Part shown: piece by piece, positions 10,035 through 19,280 of the stretch
Layout of the letters: each line of letters opens with the position of its first letter
How positions within the stretch are numbered: position 1 is the first letter of the stretch
Source of the DNA: an uncultured delta proteobacterium
Lineage (GTDB): Bacteria > Desulfobacterota > Binatia > Binatales > Binataceae
Reading direction: 5' to 3'
Length of the DNA: 64,000 nucleotides
Assembly (NCBI GenBank): GCA_963711565.1
Contig: CAVQEQ010000002.1
Location: 192,001-256,000 of the forward strand
Notes under the pieces: model-generated
Told to the model about the DNA's origin: nothing
The model's input: only the letters and a program-made list of their open reading frames with translations
The model's database searches: none
Position numbers and translations under genes: made by a program

Positions 10035-10895
10035 TTAAATCTTCGCGATTACGTCGTCGTGCAATTTCTCTAGGCCGCGCGTCAGGCCTTCCGCATCAAA
10101 CGCAGGCGGAGCGATCACCACTCGCGACACTCCTATCTCTGCGAGCGCCTTCAGATCGTCAACGCGCGAGCGGCCCATGCATGACAGCTCGATCTTCTTT
10201 GGGTCGCGTCCGGCTTTTTCGGCCTCCGACTTCATCAGCGCGAACAGTTCCTTGAGCTTGGGAATTTCCGCGAGCGCCGGGAAAAAGCCGTCGCCGTATC
10301 GCCCTGCGCGTTTCGCCGCGGCCGGCGAATGTCCGCCGACATGAATCGGCACGCCACCCTTTTGCACGGGCTTCGGAAAGCATTTCACCGGGCCGAAGTT
10401 GAAATATTTGCCGTGAAATGACGCGGCGTCGTCGCTCCACAACGCGCGCAACGATTTGATCGCCTCGTCGGTACGCGCGCCGCGCGTGTGAAAATCGATG
10501 CCGAGCGAGGTGAACTCCTCCTCGAGCCATCCGCTGCCGATGCCGAGGATCGCGCGGCCGCCCGACAGCACGTCGAGCGTGGCCACTTCCTTGGCGACGT
10601 ACAGCGGATGCCGCTGCGGAAGGATCAGCACGCCGGTCGCGAGCTTGATTTTTTTCGTCACGGCAGCCGCGAACGCGAGCGGCAGCAGCGGATCGGGAAT
10701 CGCGACATCTTCGCCGCCGGGAATCTTCCCAGTGGACGAGTACGGATAGGGCGATTTGTAGTCCTGCGGGATGACGACGTGCTCGACGGTCCAGAGCGAC
10801 TCGACACCGCATCGCTCGGCCGTGGTTGAGAGATGGGCGAGCAGGGCGGGATCGCTGAACGGTCCGGAGTTGACGAACATCAGGCCAAGTTTCAT
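10035..10895 (-). CDS. LLM-class (F420-dependent) oxidoreductase
   Basis: WTVEHVVIP, LATGVLILPQRHP, LDVLSGGR...GIGSGWLEEEF, PIHVGG. Confidence 0.92.
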   Translation of the reverse strand: MKLGLMFVNSGPFSDPALLAHLSTTAERCGVESLWTVEHVVIPQDYKSPYPYSSTGKIPGGEDVAIPDPLLPLAFAAAVTKKIKLATGVLILPQRHPLYVAKEVATLDVLSGGRAILGIGSGWLEEEFTSLGIDFHTRGARTDEAIKSLRALWSDDAASFHGKYFNFGPVKCFPKPVQKGGVPIHVGGHSPAAAKRAGRYGDGFFPALAEIPKLKELFALMKSEAEKAGRDPKKIELSCMGRSRVDDLKALAEIGVSRVVIAPPAFDAEGLTRGLEKLHDDVIAKI

Positions 10896-11098
10896 TTTTG
10901 GTACCTCGCTGCGGAATGCGGGCCTACTCTATCGTCGTTGGAATAGCGATGAAAAGGAGATCGTGCACGCACCGCAGAACCCTCACCGCCAGCCGCGTTG
11001 CAGCCGGCCGCCTCTCCCGTAGAAAAACGGGCGAGGTAAGAGTTCGACGTGCGCTGTTCCCTTGTTCAAATTTCGTGGGCGCGTTAGTTAGTTGAGTC

Positions 11099-11974
11099 AT
11101 GGATATTGGAAAAGTCGGAATATGGTTCTTCCTCGACGCGATGGCGGCGCCGGACAGCGCCGAGTTTGCCAAGCAGGTCGAGAAGAATGGCTACAAGGTG
11201 CTGTGGATACCCGAGGCCGTCGGCCGCGAACCCTTCGCGCACGCCGCGTATCTACTCAGCCATACTGAGCGGCTGTCGATTGCGACCGGCATCGCGAACA
11301 TCTGGGCGCGCGACGCGATTACGATGGGCGCCGCGTCGAAGACCGTCGCCGAACTTTCCGGCGGGCGCTTTTTGCTCGGTATCGGCGTCAGTCACAAGCC
11401 TCTCGTCAGCAACCTGCGCGGCCACAACTACGACAAGCCTTACAGCTTCATGAAAGAGTATCTGCCGAAGATGAAGGGTGCGCTCTACCTCGCGCCCGCG
11501 CCGAAGGAGCCGGTGCCCGTGGTGCTCGCGGCGTTGCATCCCAAGATGCTCGCGCTGTCGGCGGCCGAAGCAAATGGCACGCACACCTACTTCGTGCCGC
11601 CCGAGCATACCGCGAAAGCGCGCGCGCAAATCGGACCGAATGCGATGTTGTGTGCGGCGCAGGCCGTCATCCTGGAAACCGACGCGGCCAAGGCTCGCAA
11701 AGCGGCGCGCGATTACATGAAGACCTACGTGCCCCGCCTGCCTAACTATACGAACAACCTGAAAGCGCTCGGATGGGCTGACAGCGAATTCGAGAACGGA
11801 TGCTCCGACAAGCTGGTCAACGCAATCGTTGCGTGGGGCACCGAAGATAAGATTCGCGATCGCATCGACGCGCACCTGAAGGCCGGCGCCTCGCACGTCT
11901 GTATCTTGCCGCTGCGCGCCGACGGCGCACCGCAGCCCGACATGCGCACAGTCCAGGCGTTCGCACAGCGATGA
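11099..11974 (+). CDS. LLM-class F420-dependent oxidoreductase (TIGR03620-like)
   Basis: IATGIANIWARD, GRFLLGIGVSH, VLAALHPKML, HLKAGASHVCI. Confidence 0.9.
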   Translation: MDIGKVGIWFFLDAMAAPDSAEFAKQVEKNGYKVLWIPEAVGREPFAHAAYLLSHTERLSIATGIANIWARDAITMGAASKTVAELSGGRFLLGIGVSHKPLVSNLRGHNYDKPYSFMKEYLPKMKGALYLAPAPKEPVPVVLAALHPKMLALSAAEANGTHTYFVPPEHTAKARAQIGPNAMLCAAQAVILETDAAKARKAARDYMKTYVPRLPNYTNNLKALGWADSEFENGCSDKLVNAIVAWGTEDKIRDRIDAHLKAGASHVCILPLRADGAPQPDMRTVQAFAQR

Positions 11975-12375
11975 GGGCGTCGTCGATGCGCCGATTGTTT
12001 TTCGCGTTGCCCGTCGTCGTCCTTGCGATCGCTGTCGCCGGATGCTCATCGACTAGCGAGCAGCAAGCCCAGCAATCTGAAGCCGCGGCAGCCAAGGCAC
12101 AGCAGGCGGCAGAACAGGCGGAACAAGACGCCGCCAAGGCGCAAGCCGCCGCAGACAAAGCGACCGAGGCGGCGGATCGCGCGACCAAGGCAGTGCAGGA
12201 GGCGACCATTGAAATCAACCGCGTCGCCGATCATATCGATCAGATGCAACGCGATCGCGAAGCCGCGATGCATCGACACCGGCGCTCGCACGTGACGAAG
12301 TCCGCACGGAAAGCTGCGGCTGCGAAGACTGCCGCAGCCGCGCCCGCGGCGGCGCCGTCGTCATCGACGAAATAG
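11971..12375 (+). CDS. Alanine-rich coiled-coil lipoprotein
   Basis: Signal peptide with lipobox VAGC; Ala/Gln-rich heptads; overlaps the upstream stop (ATGA). Confidence 0.7.
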   Translation: MRASSMRRLFFALPVVVLAIAVAGCSSTSEQQAQQSEAAAAKAQQAAEQAEQDAAKAQAAADKATEAADRATKAVQEATIEINRVADHIDQMQRDREAAMHRHRRSHVTKSARKAAAAKTAAAAPAAAPSSSTK

Positions 12376-12394
12376 CACGCGCGCGCTCGAACAC

Positions 12395-13414
12395 ATGCCT
12401 GAGCCAATCAAATCGCAAGCAGCCCGCGCGCCCACCGAAGCGGACATTCGCGCCGAGAATCCATCCCCGCAACTCCGCCGGCATGCCTGGATCAATATCG
12501 CGGGGCCGATCGCCGCGGTCTTTCTTGGAATCTTCGCCGCTGCGATGTACCTGCGGCCCGTCGATGTTCTCCGCTGGATTCAGATCTCGCGCCTCGGATG
12601 GTCGGGGGTGACGCAGAACGACCTCGCGCTCAAGGACGGCCTCATCACGTACCTGATGACCGGCGGCTATTCGGGGATGGAGCCGGTGGTGATGATTCAC
12701 GGGCTCGGCCCGAACGCCGCGCTGGTGTGGCGCGGCATCATGCCGCCGGCAGCGGACGCGCACTACAAAGTCATCGCGCCCAACCTGCCCGGCTTTGCCT
12801 CATCCGATCACAAGCAGGTCCAGTATTCGATCGCGTACGAGGCCGATGCCGTCGCGCAGATGATCGACGAGTTGAAGCTCGATCACGTCAACCTGATCGG
12901 CAACGATCTCGGCGCCGACGTCGCGCTCTACTACGCCGTCGAGCATCCCGACAAAGTGGAGCGGATGGTGCTGGTGTCGGGCGGCTTGGTTGGCGCGCGC
13001 GGCGCTGAAAAGCTGCGGCAGGGCATGCTCCCGACGACGCCGGAGGCCGTCCGCGCGCAAGTCGAGGCGAGTTTTTTCGATTTGCCTCCGATGCCGGACT
13101 TCATCTATCAGCGCATGATGGGAGAGTTAAATGGCGACCTGCAGGCCGAGACCGACATGATTAATTCGGTGCCCCGCGACGAGGCGCACATCCGCTCGAA
13201 AATAGGCCAGGTCTTCAACACGCTCACGATCATAATGTGGGGCGCGAAAAATCCGTACTTCTCGAGCTTCGAAGCAGAGGCGTTGCACGCCGCGATGCCT
13301 GGTTCAGCGACGGTGGTCTTCAAAACCTCCGGCGTCTATCCGCAACTGGAACATCCCGACGATTTCGCCGAGTCCCTTATCTTCGTAATCAAGCAGGAAG
13401 AAGGCGGCCGCTAA
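12395..13414 (+). CDS. Membrane-anchored alpha/beta-hydrolase fold protein with atypical catalytic residues
   Basis: IHGLG oxyanion motif, APNLPGF, nucleophile elbow GNDLG, C-terminal SGVYPQLEHP; N-terminal TM helix. Confidence 0.85.
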   Translation: MPEPIKSQAARAPTEADIRAENPSPQLRRHAWINIAGPIAAVFLGIFAAAMYLRPVDVLRWIQISRLGWSGVTQNDLALKDGLITYLMTGGYSGMEPVVMIHGLGPNAALVWRGIMPPAADAHYKVIAPNLPGFASSDHKQVQYSIAYEADAVAQMIDELKLDHVNLIGNDLGADVALYYAVEHPDKVERMVLVSGGLVGARGAEKLRQGMLPTTPEAVRAQVEASFFDLPPMPDFIYQRMMGELNGDLQAETDMINSVPRDEAHIRSKIGQVFNTLTIIMWGAKNPYFSSFEAEALHAAMPGSATVVFKTSGVYPQLEHPDDFAESLIFVIKQEEGGR

Positions 13415-13530
13415 CTACCTTCTTATCTCAATATCACAGCATCGTATGCGATCGATTCAGATGTAGGTTTCGAACGGGCGTTGAGCAAAATTGTAAGGCA
13501 CTCCGGCCGAAGGTCGCGAGAACCAAATCA

Positions 13531-14190
13531 ATGCTGAAAGGGATTCTATGGGACAACGATGGAGTGCTGATCGATACGGAAGGTTTGTACTTCCGGGCGA
13601 CGCGCGATGTGCTGGGAAGCGCAGGGGTTGAACTAAGTCGCGAACGGTACGTGGAGTGGTCTTTGCGCCAGGGGCGAAGCTCCTTCGATCTCCTGCGGGA
13701 GCAAGGCTGCACTCCGGCGCAGATCGAGGAGCTTCGTTTTCAGCGCAATCAAGCGTATTCACGGATGCTCGCAAACGGACCAGGTATGATGGATGGAATT
13801 GTGGAGATCCTCACCTTGTTGCGCCCGAAATTCCGAATGGCGATAGTTACCACTTCACGGCGCGAGCACTTTGAGGTGATGCATCAGCGTTCGAATCTGT
13901 CTCAATTCTTCGAGTTCGCGCTAACGCGAGAGGACTATGGGCGTTCGAAGCCTCACCCGGAACCCTACCTCACCGCGCTGGAGCGGTTACAGCTAAGCGC
14001 AAAAGAGTGCATTGCAATCGAAGACTCTCAGCGCGGGCTGGCGGCAGCGAACGCGGCCGGACTGCGTTGTATTGTGATTCCGAACAGCATGACTATCGGG
14101 AGCGCCTTTAGCGACGCCGCGATGGTTATCTCTGATGCCGCAGCGCTGCCGGGCGCGCTTTTTCGTTTTGCAAGTACTCCCTCTTCCTGA
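13531..14190 (+). CDS. HAD family phosphatase
   Basis: Motif I WDNDGVLIDTE, SKPHPEPY, IEDSQRG. Confidence 0.92.
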   Translation: MLKGILWDNDGVLIDTEGLYFRATRDVLGSAGVELSRERYVEWSLRQGRSSFDLLREQGCTPAQIEELRFQRNQAYSRMLANGPGMMDGIVEILTLLRPKFRMAIVTTSRREHFEVMHQRSNLSQFFEFALTREDYGRSKPHPEPYLTALERLQLSAKECIAIEDSQRGLAAANAAGLRCIVIPNSMTIGSAFSDAAMVISDAAALPGALFRFASTPSS

Positions 14191-14198
14191 GGAAAGCC

Positions 14199-14400
14199 AT
14201 GGAATTACTGACGCAGAGCCGTCTCGACCATCGTGGCGCGCGCGATGTTGTGCAGACTCTTGCAAATGATACCCATCGAATGTGTAGTGCGTGGATACCC
14301 GTCCGGGTCGGCGTGGAAGGAGTACCGTGCGCTGGGGACGCTCGCAGGCGAACCATTGCCGGCTGGGCTGCGACAGAGCGAGCGTCTGAATCGCCCAGAT
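14199..14400 (+). pseudogene. purC: SAICAR synthetase (purC) remnant
   Basis: RAMLCRLLQMIPIECVVRGYPSGSAWKEYRALGTLAGEPLPAGLRQSERL matches the PurC ECVVRGYxxGSxWKEY core. Both ends are missing. Confidence 0.75.
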
Positions 14401-14439
14401 GAATTTGGACTTATTTGTTTTACTATCGCCGACTCTCGA

Positions 14440-16080
14440 TCAAAAGGTGTTCCAGAACGAGTCACAGTTGTGAAAGGTGTTAAAGTTGGTCTCGGGCATC
14501 GGCGTTGGCGGCACCAACGACTGGAATTGATCGACTGACGCGCGATAGGACGACCATTCAGGTTGGCCGGACGAGTTAGGGTTAAGTTTCTTGGCGAACT
14601 CGCTCCAGTAGCTGATCATGGCCTCGGAGAGCGCCTGCTGGTCGGCCGTAAATGGGAAGACATCGCCTGTTACGAGCATCAGGTACTGGATCTCGGCACC
14701 GTGATAAGCTCCCAGCGGAAAGCTTAGCCCTGGGATAGTGCCCGGAGGGGCGTTCTCATCATTGAACTCGTACGCATAGGTGGTCGTGAATTTCGACAAT
14801 AGCTTGTCCGCGTTTCGCGCAGGACAGCTAAAGACTCCGTCGGTACCCGAGGCGCTCAAGGCCAATCCGCCGTTCGGGTAACTGGCATAGGGATAGAGGC
14901 CCTCTACCGCGGACGCCAATGCTGAAGTCCATAGAGCGGTTACTGCGGCGTCGTATTCCTCCAATGTATCGATAGGATTGCCGGTTCCGTCGTACTCCTC
15001 AGCGACGAAGGCCCTGTATTCATCGTGATTGGTACCCGCGATGACGGGCACTTTGTTGAATTTGCCCGCGGCAAAGGCCGCGGCGGGAGTCTGCGTGAGC
15101 AGTTCCCGGTCGACGAAGGGATACAGCACCGATGCTTCCGCTGCGACAAGGGTATCAGCCGATACAGCTCGCAGGCACTCAGCGGATTGATCGCCGCATC
15201 CGACTGCTGTCGCGACGGAATTGCCCGATGGGGCAAAGCCGTCAACAGTCTCGGCAGTCAGGAGGGGCTCAATAGCACTAAAGTAGTCCTGGAATTCAAC
15301 GTAGGATCCGCTTTCCGCTATCGCTCCACGGAACAGTCCTTTGGCAAGGGGAGACGCGAGCTGGCAGTATATGCTCTGACCTCCGGCGGACTCACCGAAG
15401 ATAGTAACTTGCTTGGGATTGCCACCAAAGGCCTTGATGTTGGCCTTAACCCACTTGAGCGCGAATTGCTGATCCATCAACCCGTAGTTGCCGCTTTCAT
15501 GTCCTTCGGAGTCGAGCGCCGTCTGCGCCAGGAATCCCAACACACCCAGACGGTAGTTGATCGTGACAACTATAACTCTTCCTCCCTTCACGAGTGGCGT
15601 TGGATCGTATAGGTCGCCGCCGCCGGCGGTAAGTCCGCCGCCATGAATCCAAACCATCACGGGCAGAGCTTTCTTTTTAGCGGCATCCGCGGTTGCATCG
15701 CCGACTGGGTCTGTCGCGTCGGCAGGCGCCGCCTGCGCGGGAGTATAAACATTGAGGAACAGGCAATCCTCGCTGCCGGTCGGTCCGGGTTGAGTACATT
15801 CACTGCCGAATTGGGTCGCCTCGAGCGGCATCGCAAACTTCCCGAAGGCTTGCGGTGGCATCCAGCGCAGAGCGCCAACCGGAGCCGCGGCGTAAGGGAT
15901 ACCGAGAAATTCGTTGACGCCATTAACCGTCATGCCGAGAACGGGACCGCTTTTCGTAATAGCGAACGGCGGCGGATACGATGGCTTCTTCTTTGCCGAT
16001 GCGGTCGCCGCAGGACCTAGTAGAATCGCGCAGATAGCGGTCAATGCGAGGACCAGTTTGGAAGTCTTTCCGTTCTTCAT
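14440..16080 (-). CDS. Secreted type-B carboxylesterase/lipase
   Basis: FLGIPYAA, SEDCLFLNVY, WIHGGG, GESAG nucleophile, GAYHGAEI; signal peptide. Confidence 0.95.
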   Translation of the reverse strand: MKNGKTSKLVLALTAICAILLGPAATASAKKKPSYPPPFAITKSGPVLGMTVNGVNEFLGIPYAAAPVGALRWMPPQAFGKFAMPLEATQFGSECTQPGPTGSEDCLFLNVYTPAQAAPADATDPVGDATADAAKKKALPVMVWIHGGGLTAGGGDLYDPTPLVKGGRVIVVTINYRLGVLGFLAQTALDSEGHESGNYGLMDQQFALKWVKANIKAFGGNPKQVTIFGESAGGQSIYCQLASPLAKGLFRGAIAESGSYVEFQDYFSAIEPLLTAETVDGFAPSGNSVATAVGCGDQSAECLRAVSADTLVAAEASVLYPFVDRELLTQTPAAAFAAGKFNKVPVIAGTNHDEYRAFVAEEYDGTGNPIDTLEEYDAAVTALWTSALASAVEGLYPYASYPNGGLALSASGTDGVFSCPARNADKLLSKFTTTYAYEFNDENAPPGTIPGLSFPLGAYHGAEIQYLMLVTGDVFPFTADQQALSEAMISYWSEFAKKLNPNSSGQPEWSSYRASVDQFQSLVPPTPMPETNFNTFHNCDSFWNTF

Positions 16081-16171
16081 CGATTCCGAGTCTCCAATGT
16101 GAGTTCTCACCTATGCACGGACGGCCCGCGCCCTGCAAGAAACATTTTCACATGCTGGAGTTCCGCTCAGT

Positions 16172-17170
16172 TCATGGCAGGTTTGCGCGCGAGACGCAGT
16201 GACCGTCATCCGGATCGAGCTTGCCGACGTTCCATACGCGATCCCACCGCAGCAGACTCGTATCCCGCTTGTTGTAGGGGCGCACTCGGACACATCGGCA
16301 GTCGGCATCTTTCAGCGGTACATTCATCACCAGATATTCGGTGACCACGGACTGTTCGAGCGACTGGGCGGCGGTGAGAGGAACGTTTCCTCCCTCGCTC
16401 ACGAGGAAACTGTTTTCGACTGAGTAGCCCAAGCCGGAAAAGCCCCATCCGATCCCATACAGATCAGAAAGTACGCCCCAGCCGGTCGTTCTCCTCGGGT
16501 CGGCCTCGAAGGGGGTTCCGGTGTATTGGAAGATGGTTGCACCGGTATCCACCGCGTTCTGCAACACCAATGGGACCATAACGTTGGCCTGGTCGGAAAA
16601 ACTTTGGGCCTTGCAGTATACCCGCTGGTCAACCGGATAGCCGGGATCGAGATCGGGCGTGGGACAGTCGGCGGGCGTATATACCATCAGGTCCGCGAGA
16701 TCCGAAGTCGCAAAGGTGAATACATTCGGCCAGCTGGCCACCCTCGGCTGGAGCTCGCCGGGGTCAGCAGCTTTGCAGCGCATCGCCACCAAGTCGTTAG
16801 TACTCGGATCGGGATCATCGCTGCCCACAAAGTGCGCGTTGTCTATTGCCCGCAGCGCGGGCTGGAACAGTATGGTGGCGCTCATGAACGCGCGCGCCTG
16901 TATGAGCTTGCCCTGGTAGACCAGGTCCGTTCTCCCGATGTTGAGCACCGGCGCGACGCTGCCAGGGAGGAAGAACACTCGCGTGAAATCGCCGTTAACA
17001 GCAACACCGCTATCGGGATCTGAGACGCGAGTGTTGTCGACCACCGTCGCCGGTGCCGGCGGAGCTGCCTGCACCGGGGTAGCAAGCGCGACGATGAAAA
17101 GTATCGCCACCAGCGCGGCCGCACGCCCGGCTCCGACGTGAGCCCTTAGAGACCTACAAGCACCGCCCAT
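16172..17170 (-). CDS. Secreted hypothetical protein
   Basis: Signal-like N-terminus (ALVAILFIVALATPVQA), RBS GGGAGG, several Cys. No recognised domain. Confidence 0.65.
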   Translation of the reverse strand: MGGACRSLRAHVGAGRAAALVAILFIVALATPVQAAPPAPATVVDNTRVSDPDSGVAVNGDFTRVFFLPGSVAPVLNIGRTDLVYQGKLIQARAFMSATILFQPALRAIDNAHFVGSDDPDPSTNDLVAMRCKAADPGELQPRVASWPNVFTFATSDLADLMVYTPADCPTPDLDPGYPVDQRVYCKAQSFSDQANVMVPLVLQNAVDTGATIFQYTGTPFEADPRRTTGWGVLSDLYGIGWGFSGLGYSVENSFLVSEGGNVPLTAAQSLEQSVVTEYLVMNVPLKDADCRCVRVRPYNKRDTSLLRWDRVWNVGKLDPDDGHCVSRANLP

Positions 17171-17362
17171 CTTCCTCCCCAGGTGCCTTCACGGATTCCC
17201 CCTTTTAGAACTGTCCAACTGGTTAAGCAACCGCTGGACTACAGAATCGCACTTGGCCGCTCAGCTCGGATCGATCTTCGGCAGGGATGCACGCCTTGCG
17301 CGGAACGCAGTCGTCTGCGATAAGCGAGTTTGAAATTTCCAGCAAGCGAGGAATCGACAACG

Positions 17363-18010
17363 ATGAAGCTCTACAACATGAATCTCTCCAACTTCGCCAC
17401 CAAGTCGCGGCTCGTCATCTACGAGAAGGGACTCAATATCGAGATGGCGCCGATTCCCGGCGGCGATCTCCACTCGCCCGAATACGCCAAGGTCAATCCG
17501 CTCGGCAAAACTCCCGCGCTCGACGCCGACGGCCTGCTCATCCCCGAGTCCGAGGTCATCAACGAGTACCTCGAGGACAAGTACCCCACTCCGCCGCTGC
17601 TGCCCAAGAGTCCGGAGGGCCGCGCCAAGGTGCGAATCTTCACCCGATTTCACGACCTGTACCTCGAGCCTCCGCTGCGCGCGCTGTTCGGCCAGATGAA
17701 TCCGAAAACTCGCGACGAAAAAGTCGTCGGTGAGAAAGTGACCGACCTCAAAAATCGCCTCGACCACCTCGAAAAGATGCTCGCCGATGGCGGCTACGCG
17801 TGCGGCTCCGATTTCACGCTCGCCGATTGCGCGCTGGCGCCCACGATATTTTTCGTGACCAACCTGGGGCCGGCATTCGGCATCAAGGCGTTCGACGGCC
17901 GTCCGAAACTCGCGGCATGGTGGACTCACGTCCAGACTCGCCCGTCGGTGAAGAAGGCGCTGGGCGAGATGACCGAAGCCTTGGCCGCGATGCAGCGCGG
18001 CGGCCGCTAA
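17363..18010 (+). CDS. Glutathione S-transferase family protein
   Basis: VNPLGKTPAL, ESEVINEYLEDKYP, FTLADC. Confidence 0.93.
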   Translation: MKLYNMNLSNFATKSRLVIYEKGLNIEMAPIPGGDLHSPEYAKVNPLGKTPALDADGLLIPESEVINEYLEDKYPTPPLLPKSPEGRAKVRIFTRFHDLYLEPPLRALFGQMNPKTRDEKVVGEKVTDLKNRLDHLEKMLADGGYACGSDFTLADCALAPTIFFVTNLGPAFGIKAFDGRPKLAAWWTHVQTRPSVKKALGEMTEALAAMQRGGR

Positions 18011-18040
18011 AGACTCGTCGCGCGATTTCTGTTCGCTCGG

Positions 18041-18078
18041 AAAAAAGGCGGGAGCATGCACTACGATGCTCCCGCTTT
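18041..18078. terminator. Probable bidirectional intrinsic terminator
   Basis: AAAAAAG-GCGGGAGCAT...ATGCTCCCGC-TTT hairpin between convergent genes. Confidence 0.65.
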
Positions 18079-18084
18079 CGCTGA

Positions 18085-18317
18085 TTACCGGCGACCGCGC
18101 ACCATCGCGGCGACTGCGGCCGCGCACCAGATCGCCTCGAGCACGACGAATGGCGCGAATCCAATCAGGTACGACGCGTAGCAGGAGACGGGGCGCCGGC
18201 GACGTTCCTTGCCTGGTACGAACGCGAATCGGAACTCAGCATCCCGAACGAATTCATAAAGAACGCGGCCAGCAGCAGCGCGACTCCGAGCGATCCGATG
18301 ACTTGGGACGCCGACAT
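18085..18317 (-). pseudogene. Small membrane protein (CBU_0592-like), frameshifted near 18192
   Basis: MSASQVIGSLGVALLLAAFFMNSFGMLSSDSRSYQARNVAGA, then a one-base shift to VSCYASYLIGFAPFVVLEAIWCAAAVAAMVRGRR*. Not in the ORF track. Confidence 0.6.
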
Positions 18318-18384
18318 TTCACTTCTCCTGCGCCATTCGATCCATTGCGATTAACCGCGACTCACACTACTAAGATGATTGACC

Positions 18385-19146
18385 ATGTCTTATCTCGATC
18401 GCGACGGCGTCATCATTTACTACGAACAACGCGGAGCGGGACCCGCCGTTCTGCTCTCGCACGGCTACAGCGCCAGCGCGCGCATGTGGCAGGGTCAGAT
18501 GGACGCGCTGTCGGACAGCTACCACGTGATCGCGTGGGATATGCGCGGCCACGACCGCTCCGACTCGCCCGACGATCCCGCGCTCTACTCGCACGAGGCA
18601 ACCGTCGCGGACATGGCGGCGGTGCTCGACGCTTGCGGCGTCGGTCGCGCTATCATCGCTGGCTTGTCGCTCGGAGGGTTCATGTCGCTGGCGTTTCATT
18701 TGGCGCATCCGGCGCGCACCGAGGCGCTGATGCTGTTCGATACCGGCCCCGGCTACAAGAAAGACGACGGGCGCGAGGGATGGAACCGGCTCGCGGACAG
18801 CATGGCGGCTGCGTACGAGAAGAAGGGTCTTGCGGCGGCGGGCGTCAGCGCTGAAGTGAGCGTCGCGAAGCATCGCAGTGCGCAGGGCCTGGCGCATGCG
18901 GCGCGCGGGATGCTGGCGCAGAGAGATGGCCGCGTGATCGAGTCGCTGCCGGCAATCGCGGTGCCGACGCTCGTGCTGGTCGGCGAAAACGATAATCAGT
19001 TCCGGCCGTCGGCGGATTACATGGCGGCGAAAATCCCCGGTGCCGAAAAAGTGATCCTCGAGCATGCCGGACACGCCGCAAATATCGATCAGCCCGCCGC
19101 GTTCAATGCCGCCGTGCGCGCGTTCCTCGACCGCGCGACCTCGTAG
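18385..19146 (+). CDS. Alpha/beta hydrolase
   Basis: SHGY, WDMRGH, GLSLGG nucleophile, AGHAANIDQP. Confidence 0.92.
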   Translation: MSYLDRDGVIIYYEQRGAGPAVLLSHGYSASARMWQGQMDALSDSYHVIAWDMRGHDRSDSPDDPALYSHEATVADMAAVLDACGVGRAIIAGLSLGGFMSLAFHLAHPARTEALMLFDTGPGYKKDDGREGWNRLADSMAAAYEKKGLAAAGVSAEVSVAKHRSAQGLAHAARGMLAQRDGRVIESLPAIAVPTLVLVGENDNQFRPSADYMAAKIPGAEKVILEHAGHAANIDQPAAFNAAVRAFLDRATS

Positions 19147-19280
19147 CACCTTCTGGAGAACGGTCCCGCGAATCGGCATTATGTAGATGTCGCCGATTTC
19201 GGCTCGTTGAGCTGATTGGCGACAAGTCTGCAAACCTGATTGATCAGGAGATCCGAAATTTTCTCAGGACCGACGCTAGA

